Assembly (NCBI RefSeq): GCF_009914755.1
Contig: NC_060928.1
DNA from: the human T2T-CHM13v2.0 reference genome, Homo sapiens
Length of the DNA: 64,000 nucleotides
Strand: one strand, 5' to 3'
Part shown: positions 32,263-51,381 of the stretch, piece by piece
Numbering within the stretch: position 1 is the first letter of the stretch
Layout of the letters: each line of letters begins with the position of its first letter
Position numbers and translations under genes: made by a program
Notes under the pieces: model-generated
The model's input: the letters and a program-made list of their open reading frames with translations, nothing else
Database searches by the model: none
Told to the model about the DNA's origin: nothing

Positions 32263-32659
32263 CGTGTTTTTTATCTTCGGAAGAACTCTTTTGCCAGTTT
32301 CGGAGCCAGCGTAGGAGTTTGTTGGCACAGCTCTGGTCACCTTGCTGTCCAATTATGGTCTTGAGCGAGGTTGGCTTATATTTATCCACCCAGAGCAAAT
32401 TTTCCACTTTGTTTTCACTGCTGTCATCAGCCAAATTCCTAGCCTTGCTGTCACCACTTGTCTCCTCAGCCACCTGCTCCTTGAAATCCAGGCTTTTCCA
32501 AAACACATCTGTTTCCTTTTTTATTGTCTTTGCCAAACTGTCCCTTTTGGAAGTCGGCCTGCTCTTTTTAGATTCTGATTCCTTTTTAGATGGACTAATT
32601 TTTCTTTTTCCTTGGACATTTTTTTGGGGTGTTCTCTCCAGTTTGGACTCTTTCTTCAT
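32263..32659 (-). CDS. RFC1: RFC1 exon 13: MKKESKLERT...LLWVDKYKP...SEDKKH (RFC box II)
   Basis: 397 nt, AAG acceptor, GTGATT donor, WVDKYKP motif. Confidence 0.95.
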
Positions 32660-32994
32660 CTTAAGAAGTGGAAAAATGAGGAAAAAAGAAACCTGATGAA
32701 ACATACAGAATTTCTATCCTGCTAAACGTACTACAGAGAGCAATCAGAGATATCCAAGTGGGCTACTCAACCTGGGCTGGTCTTTTCACAACAGACTTTC
32801 CTGTTTGTGGAAATCACCACCTTCTAAACTATAAAAATTAACAAACACACCAGAAACCACCAAATGCAATTTCTAAAAGTGACAACACGTTGATTTTTAA
32901 AAGTAATAAGTACTCCAATTTTAGTTTGAAAAAAACAAGGTACAGTGTTGAGATTTTTGTTTCAAAGTTTCCTAATTAAAAGTTAATGCCTCGA

Positions 32995-34030
32995 CAAAAA
33001 CTTGTACACAAATGTTCATAACCACATTATAGCTAAAAGATGGAAACAATCCAAATGTCCATCAACTGAAAAAGAAACAAAATAGGATGTGTCCACACAA
33101 TGAAATATTATTTACCCCTAACAAGGACTGAAGCACTGATACATGCTACAACCCAGGTCAACCTTGAAACCACTATGCTAAGTGGAAGAAGCCAGACACA
33201 AAAGGCCATATATTCTAATGTCTCCATACACACGTGAAACGTCCAGCATAGGAAAATCCATAGAGACAGAGCAGAGCAGTGAGTGCCACGGGGTGGATAG
33301 AATGAGTGGCTGCTGATAGGTACAGGGTTTCTTTTCAGGGTGAGGAAAATGTTCTGGAATTACACAGTGCTAATGGTTGTATACTCTTGTTAATATACTA
33401 AAAACCACTGATTTGTATACTTTATAAGGGTGGATTTTATAGTATGTAATATCTCAGTTTTTAAAAAAATTAGTGCCTCTTTAGCAGTGGATGCTAAAAT
33501 TAGTGGATGAATGTTTAAGGACAAACAGGATATAAGCATAAGTACCTCCTTCTCCTGCCAAGACAGTTATCGATTACAAAGGAAAAAATAGTCACTTTAC
33601 TAGTGAAGGAACCCAGCACTAGTTTCAGTGGGATGCTGAATCATCTTAACCAAATAATCAAGGTTATCCTCACTAATAATAAGACGTTATTGACATCCTG
33701 TATCTATGATAGGATGCACTGAGGACACAAGATCACATCCATGGTGTTCTTAGAAAAAAGGCATAACCTCAACCTAATCATGAGAAAACATCACAGATCC
33801 AAACTGAGAGACATTCCACAAAACTGACCAGTACTCATTAAAAGTGTCAAGGTTGTAAGAAGACAAGGAAAGACTGAAGAAATGTCATCGACGGGAGAAG
33901 ACTAAGAAGACACAACTAAATGCAGTGTGGGACCCTGGAACAGAAGAACTACAGGGAAAAATGTAAGGTTCGAAAAATATGTACAGGTTAGTTAACAATA
34001 CGGCATCAATGTTAATTTCCTGGTTTTTAT
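32995..34030 (+). mobile_element. L1MB and L1MC 3'-end fragments
   Basis: tggaaacaatccaaatgtccatcaactg, gctaagtggaagaagccagacacaaaagg, aaagtgtcaaggt motifs. Confidence 0.7.
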
Positions 34031-34308
34031 AACTATGCTATGGTTATGTAATCGAAATCATTCCCTAGATTTCTCTAACCGGAATAACCTGGATGGACCA
34101 TCTTGCCATTTGGGTGACAGAGCTGGGGACATTAAAATCTTGGAATGCTGGCAATCCTGTGTCCTGTGTGTAAAAAAAGATGGTCTACAGTGGGAATGAA
34201 TGAGGCTAACTAGTAGAAACAGAGAGACAGAAACTGAAGGGGTCCTCACAGCTTTGTAGTCTGTGGATCCAATAGTTCCTAGACCAGACCCTCCCTGCCC
34301 ATAGTTTA

Positions 34309-34782
<474 letters not shown>

Positions 34783-35071
34783 AGTAGTAATAATAGTAAT
34801 ATGGAAAATAAGGAAAGTTTGATAAGTAGATATGTTATATGCAATATACTGTCCTTTCTCTACTCATATTCCCTGACAAAGATAAGGAAAAACAACAAAG
34901 TAGACATCTTGAAGCAGAGTCTTCCAGCTCAAAAGGAACTAAGGTGGTCCATTTGTGGTAGACAGGGATGTTAATCTTTCAGCCAACAAGCCTGTATCCA
35001 CCCAAGACATATGTCTATGAAATTAAAAAGTTAATATACACCAACTTAAATCACATTCATTTTATACGAAC

Positions 35072-35176
35072 CTCAGTTTCAACTGCTATTTCATACTTGG
35101 ATTTCTTGCCTGGCATAGTCCGAATCAGATTCAACAGGCCATCTTCATCAATAATTTTTGTCCCCAAGGCTGCGGC
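35072..35176 (-). CDS. RFC1: RFC1 exon 12: AAALGTKIIDEDGLLNLIRT...AVETE (end of BRCT)
   Basis: 105 nt, CAG/GTTCGT. Confidence 0.93.
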
Positions 35177-35589
35177 CTGTTGATTAAAAATGTAAACCAT
35201 CAAAACTGCATCCTGCATCCTACCATTCCCTTCTCTTACAAAAAAAAAAATTCTAGGGCCTATTAGTAGGTGAAAAACCACATTCGTAAATTAAGATAAC
35301 ACTGGAATTAAAAAAGAAAAACAAAAAATAGCACATTCATTGAAAAAGTAACATTGAAAAGAAAGAAAATAACAGATACATTCCCTAAGAGTAGCAGGTT
35401 GGCATGGGAAGTGGTCCATTTCTACTTTTGTGGACTGCTTTACCTTTCCTCCCCTAGAAAGGGGCAATGGCCACTAGGGCCTAAGACCAGCTCTTCATAC
35501 CTTCTCCCATATTTAATGCATATGGCAGACATTTCCCCCACCTTCTTCCCTGCTGATGGAACTCCAATGTGTCCTTCTTCAAGTGATGA

Positions 35590-36003
35590 ATGATGACTGG
35601 TCCAAGGCAACCAGAAACGTCTTGGTTCTTCCCAACCTCCCATACAGCTCTGAGTGGCCAGGTGACAGCTCTGGCCAATGAGCCTTATGTGAAATTCTAT
35701 AAGACATGTTTCTGGGAAAACTCTCGTCAGGCCAGTCACAGCTCTTATGACATACTTGCCACTGTTCCCTTTTCCTGCCTTGAATAAGAATTTAAATGCC
35801 TAGAGCTGCAACTACCTTGCAACCACAAGGCAACATGCATGAGGACAAAAGTTAACACAATAAGGACAGATGGAGGAACCACATCGTTGAGATGCCGAAC
35901 TATCCCAGCAATACCTCCAGAATTCTTGTGAGAAAAATTAGCAGCTGTTTAATCCACGGTTAATCAGATATTCTGCTGTTTGGAGCTAAACACAATCCTA
36001 CCC
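35590..36003 (+). mobile_element. MLT1-like LTR remnant
   Basis: ctctggccaatgag...agctgcaactaccttgcaacca...ttctgctgtttggagctaaacacaatccta. Confidence 0.5.
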
Positions 36004-36378
36004 AACAGGCCGCTGATTCTTTTTCTAAAAACACCAATTTAAAAAAACCTAAGATGGTGTATACAGTGGCATATATAGGAATACTTCGGACTGGAAGAAA
36101 AAGAAAACTGCATTTGTTTCTATCTTCAAAAATAAAAAAAGACTTAAACTTAAATACACTAAAAAAAAGTCAAGTAAACAGGAACTATGCCTTCCATTGG
36201 AAAACCAAAATCCTGGTGTCAGAGCCAATAACACTTCTGTGGAGAAGAAATAATGTAGGCAAGAAATTACTTTTCTATTTCTTTCCTTCATTTAACTCTG
36301 AGTAAAGGGCAAATCACATCAAGAGTGTGCCAAGGCAGGCAGGAGGTGTCATGGTGTTGAGAACAAAGCAGTACCCAC

Positions 36379-36558
36379 CTTATCACTCTTGGACTGTCCA
36401 CTATCACGACCCATGACAAGATAATTTGTTTTCTTGCTGACATTTCCTGTTACTTTTCCCCCATAACGTTCAATTAGAGACTTGGCCTCATCTCGTTCAA
36501 TAGACTCCAGCACGCCTGTGATTACAAATATAAGGCCTTCCAAGCAATTTTCAGCTCC
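36379..36558 (-). CDS. RFC1: RFC1 exon 11: GAENCLEGLIFVITG...GRDSGQSKSDK (BRCT domain)
   Basis: 180 nt, TAG/GTGGGT; ligase/RFC-type BRCT. Confidence 0.96.
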
Positions 36559-36934
36559 CTAAAAACCAAAATGTTCAAGCAGAGAGGAAATTACATGGTA
36601 GCTTTCCAAAGAAACATTTGGCATCAAAACTGCAGGAAGTTGATTTTTCTCATTTCACATCATAAATAACCTTGGCATGGAAAGTTTGCTGGAAATTTAC
36701 AGCAAATAAGCACCACCTGAAATTAGATCCTAAGAAATTTTGATATGGCTAACATTTAATAAACTTACAAAACAAGCAGTGAAAAACATACATCCAACAC
36801 TGTTAGCAAAGCTATTAAAATTACCCATTCATACTATTTTCCATTATGCCCTCTTCATATCTAAACTACTAGTTAACTTGCATAACTATAAATAAACAAC
36901 CAAATGCAATCCATCTGTAGAAACTCTTGCTATT

Positions 36935-37333
36935 CAGGAAACTGCTTGTTCTTAAGAACTTTCCCAACAAGAATTTAATAGAAGCAGGTATACTCCTATC
37001 ATTTTGATGTTTCTGTTAATGTTTCGAAACAATGTACTTTAAAATCAGAATCACTTCTTATCATTTTCAAATACTTCTGATGCTTTTCACCACATTAGTG
37101 ATCAGAAATGAGGTCTAATTCCCCAATCCCTGCCCGCAAGAGCTAAGTAGGATCTTAACTGTAAGTTGAAGGGAGTTTTGCCCGAACTCATGGATTGTAC
37201 AAGAACAAACTGCTGCTGGGTTGGATGGTCTGCCAATGGATTGTGGTGTGGCATATCTGAAGGCTACTGAATGCAACTTATAATGCTTAATAAAAAATTT
37301 TTACTGTTTTATGGGAAAAAAGGGAAAAAAGGC
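36935..37333 (+). pseudogene. Processed retrocopy of an unidentified mRNA 3'UTR
   Basis: 13-bp direct repeats aactcttgctatt (36922-36934, 37334-37346), AATAAA at 37289-37294, degenerate A tail at 37316-37330. Confidence 0.7.
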
Positions 37334-38059
37334 AACTCTTGCTATTGTTAAAAAGGGAAAGTTTTGATTCTAAAAAGCTAAGCAAGTGTGAGCTCGTGCC
37401 TTCCTCTCTGCTCATTACTCTAGGATAGTAAATCTAGCAATCTTCTAGTAACTTAAAGGCAAGATCGTATTATCTCTGGATTGGAAAGATAACTCTCATA
37501 ATGTATAATATAAGAGATACTTGCCAAAGAGAGCTGGATGGAAAAGACATTAAATCTTAATTGGAACTATGTTGAGTTATATATTTTTGCAATGGTTCAA
37601 TAAAATTATACAACCAAACAAAATGAAAATTATACATGACATTCCAAGTTACTTATTACTCTTTTAATAGAGAATTGAGATTAATAAACTTAAAATGGGC
37701 TTGAAAAGCAGCAGCCAACCAAAATTCAAAGACTGCCTCCATGTAAGTTCAATCCTTCACCATTCAGATGAAGAATCTTTCTCGGAAGACAAAAAGAAAC
37801 AGCTATGAAGGTGCTTGGAAAGAAAAGGTTTGACTAACAATATCTCAGGGTCCCTTGAAGCCTTTATGGGTTCTTGGATTGAAATGATCTACTGTAACAC
37901 TACAGGAACTTAACTACTTCTGAACAAACTCAAAACAACCCTGGAAAAATTGCACATGCAAGCCCCTATATCCCATATCCCAAACATCTATTATCTCCCA
38001 AATTATCACCCACTATGGCTCTGATTATCTTTTTACTTATCCAATCTTAGCACTTCTAG

Positions 38060-40330
<2,271 letters not shown>

Positions 40331-40541
40331 CTACTTGTTATTTAAAGGGAAATTTTTCTAAGTATCAAGCAGTGATTCATAACATGAATAAACATCCCTA
40401 ATTCTTGAAGACAGTAACTGAAGCTTTTCTGTTGCTCATTTTTAATTATTAATCCTCTGCTGCTATAATCATCGTGAATACATACATGGACCCATACGGC
40501 AGAGGCCCTCACAGAATGGCATGCCCTCTCAGTACTCTTAC

Positions 40542-40649
40542 CTTTGGTATTTCTTTGGAGCCCAGAGCCTTGGGACCTTCTCGATTTAAGTAGCTTCGAT
40601 AAGCTTGATAATTAGTGCGTTTCTTTTCAGAATCTTCAGGACTTACAGA
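40542..40649 (-). CDS. RFC1: RFC1 exon 10: SVSPEDSEKKRTNYQAYRSYLNREGPKALGSKEIPK
   Basis: 108 nt, AAG/GTAAGA. Confidence 0.95.
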
Positions 40650-41501
40650 CTTTGGGAACAGGGAAAGGAAAATGAACAAAGTCATACAGAATTCATGCAA
40701 AATTTAAAATACATATCTAGAAATAAACATTATTTTTATTGTGTCACTTCTGTGTCTGGCTGTGAAATTAACAGTTTTAGCTACACAAGTACTTCCTAAC
40801 TTACAGACAACTGACTTACGAACATCCCTGCATCAGCGCTTCTCAAAACTTTCCACTCTCTAAAGCCACACACCTCAGGGCAGATTATGGGAATAAGCCA
40901 AGTTGCCAGCTCCAAGCAAAGAAATGCAAAAAGTGTTTTACTTTAGGAATTCACCTGAATTTTAAATTATATTTCATGATATATCCATATATCCATGTTT
41001 AACGGGAAAATACATTTTTTCCCCAAGTAAACCTGATCGCCCGAGAAGATATTCTGTGTTAATCCTATGACCTTCCATGCCCCTAAAGCACCAGCCTGCA
41101 TCCCTAAGGACATAAGCATTCCAGTAGGAGAATCTAAACAGTCAGCTCAAAGAAGGTACAAGCTTTACTCCAAAGAGAAGACACGTTCTCTATGCTATTT
41201 CATCTCCTCCCATTCTACTTCTCTCGGGGAATTTACCATAGGTATATCTCAGAAAATCCTGGGGAAACTTTTCAAACTATGCATCCCTAGATCCACCTCC
41301 AAGTTTCTCTTTCGGATATATGGGGTATGGCTAGAATGTGTTTATGTGGGGGAAAAATATCTTAGATAGCTCTCATTTAAGAACCACTATCAGGTGTTTG
41401 TTATTTTTCCACTTCCTATTTTAACATTATTTTTAACTTGTAAGCAATCCCAAATCCTTTTGAGAGTAGACAAAATAGTAACTTCTATACAAAGAAATGG
41501 C

Positions 41502-41851
<350 letters not shown>

Positions 41852-42739
41852 TTAACAGGCTGGTCCTAGAATCTAACCCTACTTTCTAACAATGGTTCTC
41901 AAATGTTGGTGTGTGTTCATATCATATGAGGAGCTTATTAAAATACAGCTGCCCACACCACATTCCCTGGGAAACTCCATTTTTTTAACAAGTTTCACAA
42001 GAGAGTCCAGTGCATACCAACATGGAAAAACGATTAATTTACGACACTCATTCTATGAAAAGAATTCTGAATGGTAAACAGCGTATACAATAACTTTGAA
42101 GGACACCCACTTTATGAAGTCAGAATTATTTGACCAAGACCAACTAAATGTATTAAATAGACTTTATTTGACGTTTCCAACCAAAACTGCTTAAGTAAAA
42201 GTTTTGAGTTATTTCTATTCTAACTTTAAAAAGTACAGTGAAGAGTATCATTTAAAGATTTCCTCTTTCTTCATAAAAACAGACTGCCTCTGTAAATGGA
42301 ACATGTTTTAGTGTGCCTGAAGAAAACCATTCATTTACCAGATAAGCATTTAGTGCAGAAAAAATCTGAGACCAAAAAGTTAATTGCTCCTTTAAGCGTA
42401 TTTATAAGCATTGTCCACAAACAAAAGCATTCTGAAATCATCACCATTTCACTGTTCTGCACTAAAATATAATGGTGATGACCAGTTAAAATAGGTGATA
42501 TTCTGCTTTTAATCCTAAGTGCCTAAGAGGCATGAATGAATAGTGGTTTCTCATTATGAATCTAAAGTAGTTCCAAATTGGAGATTCAGAGACCGTTCGC
42601 TTCTCAAATATATTTCCTAGCAAAATTTTTCAAAGATATTCATTATCTCATCATTTTTTCCTTTAAAAATAATTTCAGTATCGCAACACTGTTGTACAAG
42701 AATAAAAAAGAGTAAATTTAGGACTAAGCCAAATAACAA

Positions 42740-43170
42740 TCATTTTAATAATAATAGTTAAGATGGCACTTATTAGGTCCCAGGCACTGCTCTAAGTGCT
42801 TTTACATATGAAGTCATTAGGTACTATTATTATTATTCCTATTTTACAAACAGCACCAAAGCACAGACAGGGGAAGTGACCAAACCTGCTCAGAGTCCCA
42901 GAGCCTGAAACTGGCTCCAGAGCCTGTGTGTGGAGCCACTATGTTATACTGCTTCAGAGGACCTGAGTTCAAGGCTGGCCCTGCCACTTACCAGGTGGAT
43001 GATCTTAGAATAGTTAAACTCTTTCAGCCTGTTTCCTCGTCTTTAAAAGTTGAATAATAAAAATAAATATCTCACAGGGTTGTTGTGAAAATTATATGAG
43101 CTACCACATGTAAAGTATTCGCACAGTATCTGACACACAATAACAATAAATATGGGCTTACTTAGCTATA
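42740..43170. mobile_element. Two MIR remnants in opposite orientations
   Basis: aggtactattattattattcctattttaca; cctgagttcaagg...ctcacagggttgttgtga. Confidence 0.65.
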
Positions 43171-43294
43171 TTAATACTCCATATCCTACAACAGCTTCTA
43201 AATAAGATATCTTAAAAATATTATAATGACTTATGATCGTTAGAAATAAAACTTGAAAACAAACCCAGACTAACACATAGCACCAAAATATATA

Positions 43295-43669
43295 CAGCAG
43301 TCCCCCTTTATCCGAGGAGGGTATGTTCCAAGACCACCCCAGTAGGTGCCTGAAACCACAGACAGTACCAAACTATATATATACTTACATGTACTGTTTT
43401 TTCTATCTAATAACCAAGCCGGCTACCAAGTGACTAACGGGTGGGTAGTGTATCCAGCATGGTTATGCTGGACAAAGAGATGATTCACATCCTGGGTGAG
43501 ATAAAGCAGGTTGGCCAGAGAGATTTCATCATGTTACTCAGAAGAGTACCCAATTTAAACCTTATTAATTGTTCATTCCTGGAATTTTCCATTTAATACT
43601 TTCAGAACATGATTAACCACAAGTAACTGAAACTTCAGAAGGCAAAACCATGGATAAGGGGGAATACTG
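43295..43669 (+). mobile_element. MER44-like TcMar-Tigger MITE
   Basis: TIRs cagcagtccccctttatcc / ggataagggggaatactg flanked by TA on both sides. Confidence 0.85.
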
Positions 43670-43689
43670 TACTCCCTAGAAAGTTCCTA

Positions 43690-44293
<604 letters not shown>

Positions 44294-44910
44294 CTAGGAA
44301 GAAAGAAAAGATTATGGTTGTTGTTTTTGGAAAATGATAATCTATATCAACTTTTCTTTCATTTTTCAACTGAGTAATCTTAGCACAGAATATACCCTGA
44401 AGGCCCAAAGTCCTAAAGTGTCAAGACCATCTGTTTATAGTAAATCTATAAATACATTTACTTATAGGACTAAGATCATCTAGACTAGCAGATGATTTGC
44501 TATCAGAACCACTGAAGAATAAAACCTACAGGCAATAAGCAAGAGAGCTGAAGATGACCTGGCCAACTATGAGTCAACTCTGAGACTACCTCTGACATGA
44601 AAAGCTCAAAACATCTAGGTTCTTCATCTTTATATATTGAAATCCACATATTGCACTATACTTGGAAATTAACAAGAAGCCAGGAGTTTTAACACAATTC
44701 TCACAGTAATCATAGAGCAGATGGGCATTCTGTACCAGCTAGCATCCAAAGAGCTTTCAAAGTTTCTAAGTTCAATATGCTCTAATAGTCCTGTGAAATA
44801 ATGTCTACCTAACAATACATAATTACTGAATAGGATACTTAAACAAGATTATCATGAATTTACTTCCATGAAGACAAGTGCTCCATCTTACTTTTTTCTG
44901 CTAGTATTAC

Positions 44911-44998
44911 CTTTATGAGGATATTTATGTTTTTCTGCTTTACTTAAATTGGCTTGGACAGATGAAAACGTTTCTCCCGCTTCTGTGTCCTTTCGAGC
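44911..44998 (-). CDS. RFC1: RFC1 exon 8: ARKDTEAGETF...KYPHK
   Basis: 88 nt, TAG/GTAATA. Confidence 0.93.
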
Positions 44999-45790
44999 CT
45001 AAACAAATTTTAAAAGTGTCAAATGTGACAAATAATAGAAAAACTATTACCATAAAATCTGTTGTTAAAATCCATCAAAATTTTAAGGGTCACCTTTCAA
45101 CTAGCAGGACACTACAATAAACTGTCATTCATTCATCCACAAAATTTCCAAGGCAAATGAGGCATATTTTATTACTTCATGTTACAAATGAGGAAACAGA
45201 TGAAAGGGTATAAAAATACATCTATAAAAATTATCCCTCTTCATCCCAACCTGTAAATCTGGAAGTAGAAGCCTTATTTCTCCTTCATCTCAACTCTCAA
45301 ATTGTTAGTATTAAGTAGTTAAAAACTAAAATCTAAATTTAAAAGACTAAAATAAAAATAAACAAAAGCTCGAAAGAAAATGAGAGCACTTTCTCAAAGG
45401 GGAAAAAAATATATCCATTCTTTCCACTGCTCCTTCAAAACTCCATTTTATAAAAAGTTCACAAATTGAGGTGTGTGATACAGTCTTTTAAAGTAATTAT
45501 AATTTGAGTGTCTTTAGATGAAATAAGACTTTTCAAATGGCAAAGTCTCTACCACTCCCTACTGTCTTAATACCTGCCTGTTATAGTCTTAGCTCCTGAT
45601 GTATCTAGGTTTACAACTCTCTGCTTTAAAGAAGTAAAATCTTTTGAAGTAATCACATATTGACATTGACAATTATATTAACAGAATGTGATTCATCAGA
45701 AATAAAGCTAATCTCCTGGAGATAAATAAAAAATAAAAATAAAAAAATTAAAAAAATTAAAGTCTTGATGTTTTAAAGATTCCCCAAAAT

Positions 45791-46720
45791 AAGGCTGAGG
45801 CAGGCAGATCACTTGAGCTCAGGAGTTCGAAACCAGCTTGGGCAACATGGCAAAACCCCATCTCTACAAAAAACACAAAATTATTAGCTGGGTGTGGTAA
45901 CACATGCCTGTAGTCCCAGCTACTTGGGGGGCTGCGGTGAGGGGATCAATCAAGCCCAAGAAGTCAAGGTTGCAGTGAGCTGAGATAGCACCACTGCACT
46001 CCAGAGTGGGTGACAAAGTGAGACCTCGCAAAAAAAAAGAAAGAAAAAGATTCCTCAAAATATACTCATTATTATATGAGACTGTCATAATATAGATCTT
46101 AGAGTTAACTAATTAGAACTGACAAAACTGTGCTTCCTGAAAAGACAGTGATTAATACTGAAGTTATTAAACTTGTGTTCCAAAAGAATTTTTATGAGCA
46201 TTATTTTCTGAACAAGTACATAAGAACTCCTATGATAAAGGAGTAAGGAAAAGGTAAACTGGGCACAGAAGCTCATGCTTCTAATCCCAACACTTTGGGA
46301 GGCTGAGGTGGGAGGATAGCTTGAGCCCATGAGTTCGAGGCTTCAGTGTGCTATGAACGTGCCAGTGTAATCCAGCCTGGGCAACAGAGTGAGACCTTGT
46401 CTCAAAAAAAAAAAAAAGAACTAAAAGGCCAGGCATGGTAGCTCACATCTATAATCCTAGCACTTTGAGAGGCTGAGGCAGGAGAATCACTTGAACTCTG
46501 GAGTTCAAGACCAGCCTGGCCAACATAACAAAACCCCCTCTCTACAAAAATATACAAAAATTAGATGGGTGTGGTGGCACACACCTGTAGTCTCAGCTAC
46601 TCGGGAGGCTGAGGCAGGAGGATCACTTGAGCTCAGGAGGCAAAGGTTGCACTGAGCCCAGATCAGGCCACTGCACTTCATGAGAGACCCTGTCTCTAAA
46701 ACAAATAAAATAAAATATAA
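45791..46720 (+). mobile_element. Cluster of three old Alus (45791-46050, 46258-46420, 46427-46720)
   Basis: Alu consensus segments with A tails. Confidence 0.85.
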
Positions 46721-46964
46721 AAAGAATAAGGAAAAGATATAATTCTTTGTTTTGTGATAAAAGGTTCTGGTTTGTTTTGATGCCGTCACCCTTCTTTTAA
46801 GAAGAATAAGTTTCTCAATGAGCTTCCCCAAAAACATTTTTATAAAATAATTTAATTTCTTTCTGGAAAAGTTATTCATGTTTTGGCTAGAGCCTAGAAC
46901 ACGCAAGTATGAACACTGATCTGTACTGTATATTCAGAACGCAAATAGCCCAACATTATGCCAC

Positions 46965-47042
46965 CTTTTTGGTCTTGGGTTCTTCATCCAACATGGCTAA
47001 TGTTCTGGCAAACTCTTCATCTTCATGCAACTGCCTCTCCAG
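46965..47042 (-). CDS. RFC1: RFC1 exon 7: LERQLHEDEEFARTLAMLDEEPKTKK
   Basis: 78 nt, CAG/GTGGCA. Confidence 0.93.
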
Positions 47043-48569
47043 CTGTAAAATGTGTCAGCAAAGTGAGTTGAGTTGCTCTTTTTCTTTTCGTAAATAGAAT
47101 TTTTAAATGTCTGATTCATATATTTAGAAGAAACTAGAAAAACATTTTCCAGAAAATAATTATGACATTTTCCCACTCAACATTAATAGTGAAGTATCAC
47201 AGGTTTGTTTCACTAAGCTGAATCAGATTTTGGAACATACAGTTCTGGTTTTGCAGGGATGACAGATAAAGTGAGCATATTTTTAAAGTCATATTTCTTA
47301 CTTATAAAACATGAGGTCTGTACTTTTCTCTTAATGGTTCTTATGCAACACAGCTTTCTTATTTCTATTTATTGTCTAAAAAGACCTCTGAAAGGAATCT
47401 CAACCTAATAGGAAAACACAATCATCTGGGGAGTACAAAAATAGTGAATCTAAGAATTTAAAAAAATTATACAGTATTTTTTTGGCACATATAGTAAGCT
47501 ATATACAAATGTAAAATCACTTTTACTATCAAACTCCTATTTTCAATTACTAATTCAAATGCATCTGTTCTCACTTTTGAAAATTTAAGTCATCATGTCA
47601 GGAGTTCTACTAACATGCTAATGTAACACAGAGACATTCTAGTTATCTCAGTTATTTCAAAATACTTTCACATTCAGCAAAATGGAGCTCTTCCAAAAGA
47701 GAATATATAGCAGTGGAGTATCTTTCTCATTATAAACCAAATGGCTGTATGCTCCCTGGTAAAATGGCCTTACGTGATATTCAATAAAAAACACCCTACA
47801 TTATTCAAACAAAGAAAAGGACTTCAAAATCCACTCAATCTTTTAAAAGTGAAGTGAAAAAAAAGGGAGGAAAAACTCTTACAGGGATAATTAGTAAAGA
47901 CATCTTCAGTTACTGACACCTAGAAGTCCTTAATCAGATTAATAAATTACCCAAACAAGATTCTGAAAGAATGTGATAAAAATGGAAAAATAGAGGATTG
48001 TGATACAAAGTACCACACCTGGTTTGGAAAGGATTAGGTAACCCTCTAGTATTTGGATCAGGAGAAGTCAGGTTCCTAAAAATTACTTCCTAGTTTGACC
48101 TAGGCTACTTGTGCTACCTTGAGTCATGTGGATACTCGCTTGTAGTTTATGTAATTCAGTGTGATCAAATAAGATAGAAAAACATTTTGAAAACACAAAC
48201 TAAACTGCCAAAGTAATAAAATGTGAACAATCACAATATTGTTCTCTCACAATAATACTTATCAAGAGCCCATTGTATGCCAGACACTAAGATAAGCACT
48301 GATGTAACAATGGTTGAGTGAGACATAAATGGTTGAGACAAATGGTTGAGTGAGAGTCCTGGTGAGGGGACCTTAGAGCCTATACTTGCCATTCTAATTA
48401 AATAGCAAGTATAATAAATGATAATAGTAGCTATGACAGAGTGTGACAGAGTATATCGGAGGGGTTTCTAATATAGTTGAGGTAGTCTGGGAAAGTGACA
48501 CTTAAGCTAAGCAAGAGGAAGGGAGTTCTAACAGCCGGCAGCTAAGCCTGGAACCTCTGACAGAGATGA

Positions 48570-49980
<1,411 letters not shown>

Positions 49981-50187
49981 GATCAATCTTCTCTAAAAAT
50001 AAATCTTTCAGTAAATAATTCTCCCCTGGTCTCATCATTTATCTTGTATAGAAATTTAGATTTTCATTTATTAGATTTTAACTTATTTTACATGTAACTT
50101 CCAATGAGGTTCAATTCAAAACCTGGCTGGACTAAATAGCTAGTCAGAATATCAAGTTACTAATGATTCTAAGCAAAATGCCAATAC

Positions 50188-50265
50188 CTCCGCATCTTCA
50201 TCAAGCTGTAATTGCTTGGCGATGGCTTCATCATTTAATCCAGACTCATCTGTATTTTGTGAAAG
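50188..50265 (-). CDS. RFC1: RFC1 exon 6: LSQNTDESGLNDEAIAKQLQLDEDAE
   Basis: 78 nt, TAG/GTATTG. Confidence 0.93.
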
Positions 50266-51148
50266 CTATATTTCAAAGAAAATCAAGCAAAATCAGCATA
50301 AACCTTAAGTTAAAAATAAGGCACTTTTTCTTGACTGTTGCTGATTAAATACACCAGTGAGAGATAAGTGTATCTATCAGTAACAGCTGCAATGTACACC
50401 AGCCAGAAAGTCAAATTTATGGCTACTCCCTGACCATATCCAATCCCTAATAAATATCCTATAGACAGACCTGTCTCACTTAGTTCTATTGATATGTTCA
50501 AGAGAAGTACCAAAAATAAAAATAAAAAAACCCAATCCTGTAGATTAATGTCTTGGCTTGACAAGTAGCCCAGAACATTGGCAAACCAATATGTGAGAAT
50601 GATTACATTGTTCTATGGAGGAAGTGATAGAATCAACAAACACACACTATGGGGCAGGCTTTCTTTAACTCAGGGGACTACTTTCACCATAATTTATCTG
50701 GTATGTCTGTTTCCTAAATGGCCAGAAACAGATGAATCCAATATCTGCCAAAGTAGAGAAGGTCACAAGTGTAGCATAGGTATGCTCTATTTATAAGGAA
50801 TCTATTTATTATCTCATTTGGAAACAAATTTATCGCTAATATTGACTGGTTGAGGTCAATAGTAAAATGAGTTTGCATTCTGAGAACTCAATTTAAATTC
50901 GAATAATTATCATTTTTTCTTATGGCTTAAATGATCTTTTCCCGCTTTCAAGAATTAAAAAATTAAATATGTAACATTCCAACTTCCTCATCCTTTAAAA
51001 TGAGGGCAATACATTTTATCCATAATCATAGGAAAATTATTTTAATTATTAAAACATGTTGCCTATTTACTACATCCTAGTTTCTCCTGTTAATATTAGT
51101 GAATGGGTATAAATCCTGAGCATACTTGCTTATATGTAGAACACTTAC

Positions 51149-51381
51149 CTCTTTTCTTTTGCTTGCCACCATCTTCTTATTAGATCTTTGGACACTTCCA
51201 GTTCCAAAATAATCAAGTACTGATGTGGGTGTAAGTTTTATTGGTGATAAAGGCTTATTCTTGGTCTTAGTGTTTTCTTCATTCTTTTTCATGTTTGATG
51301 TTCCAAGATGACTATTTGTAGATCTTCCATTCTCTTTTGATTTAGAGGCCGCCTTCTTACACATAAAGTCATCTTCTTCAT
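51149..51381 (-). CDS. RFC1: RFC1 exon 5: (D)EEDDFMCKK...TSVLDYFG...ASKRKE
   Basis: 233 nt, AAG/GTAAGT; upstream exons lie beyond the window. Confidence 0.95.

Noticed and set aside
32169-32696. 175-aa + strand ORF
   Set aside because: Antisense shadow of Lys/Ser-rich RFC1 exon 13; no independent coding evidence.
48310-48356. Three copies of atggttgag
   Set aside because: Short local duplication in an L2 remnant; no regular repeat-spacer structure.
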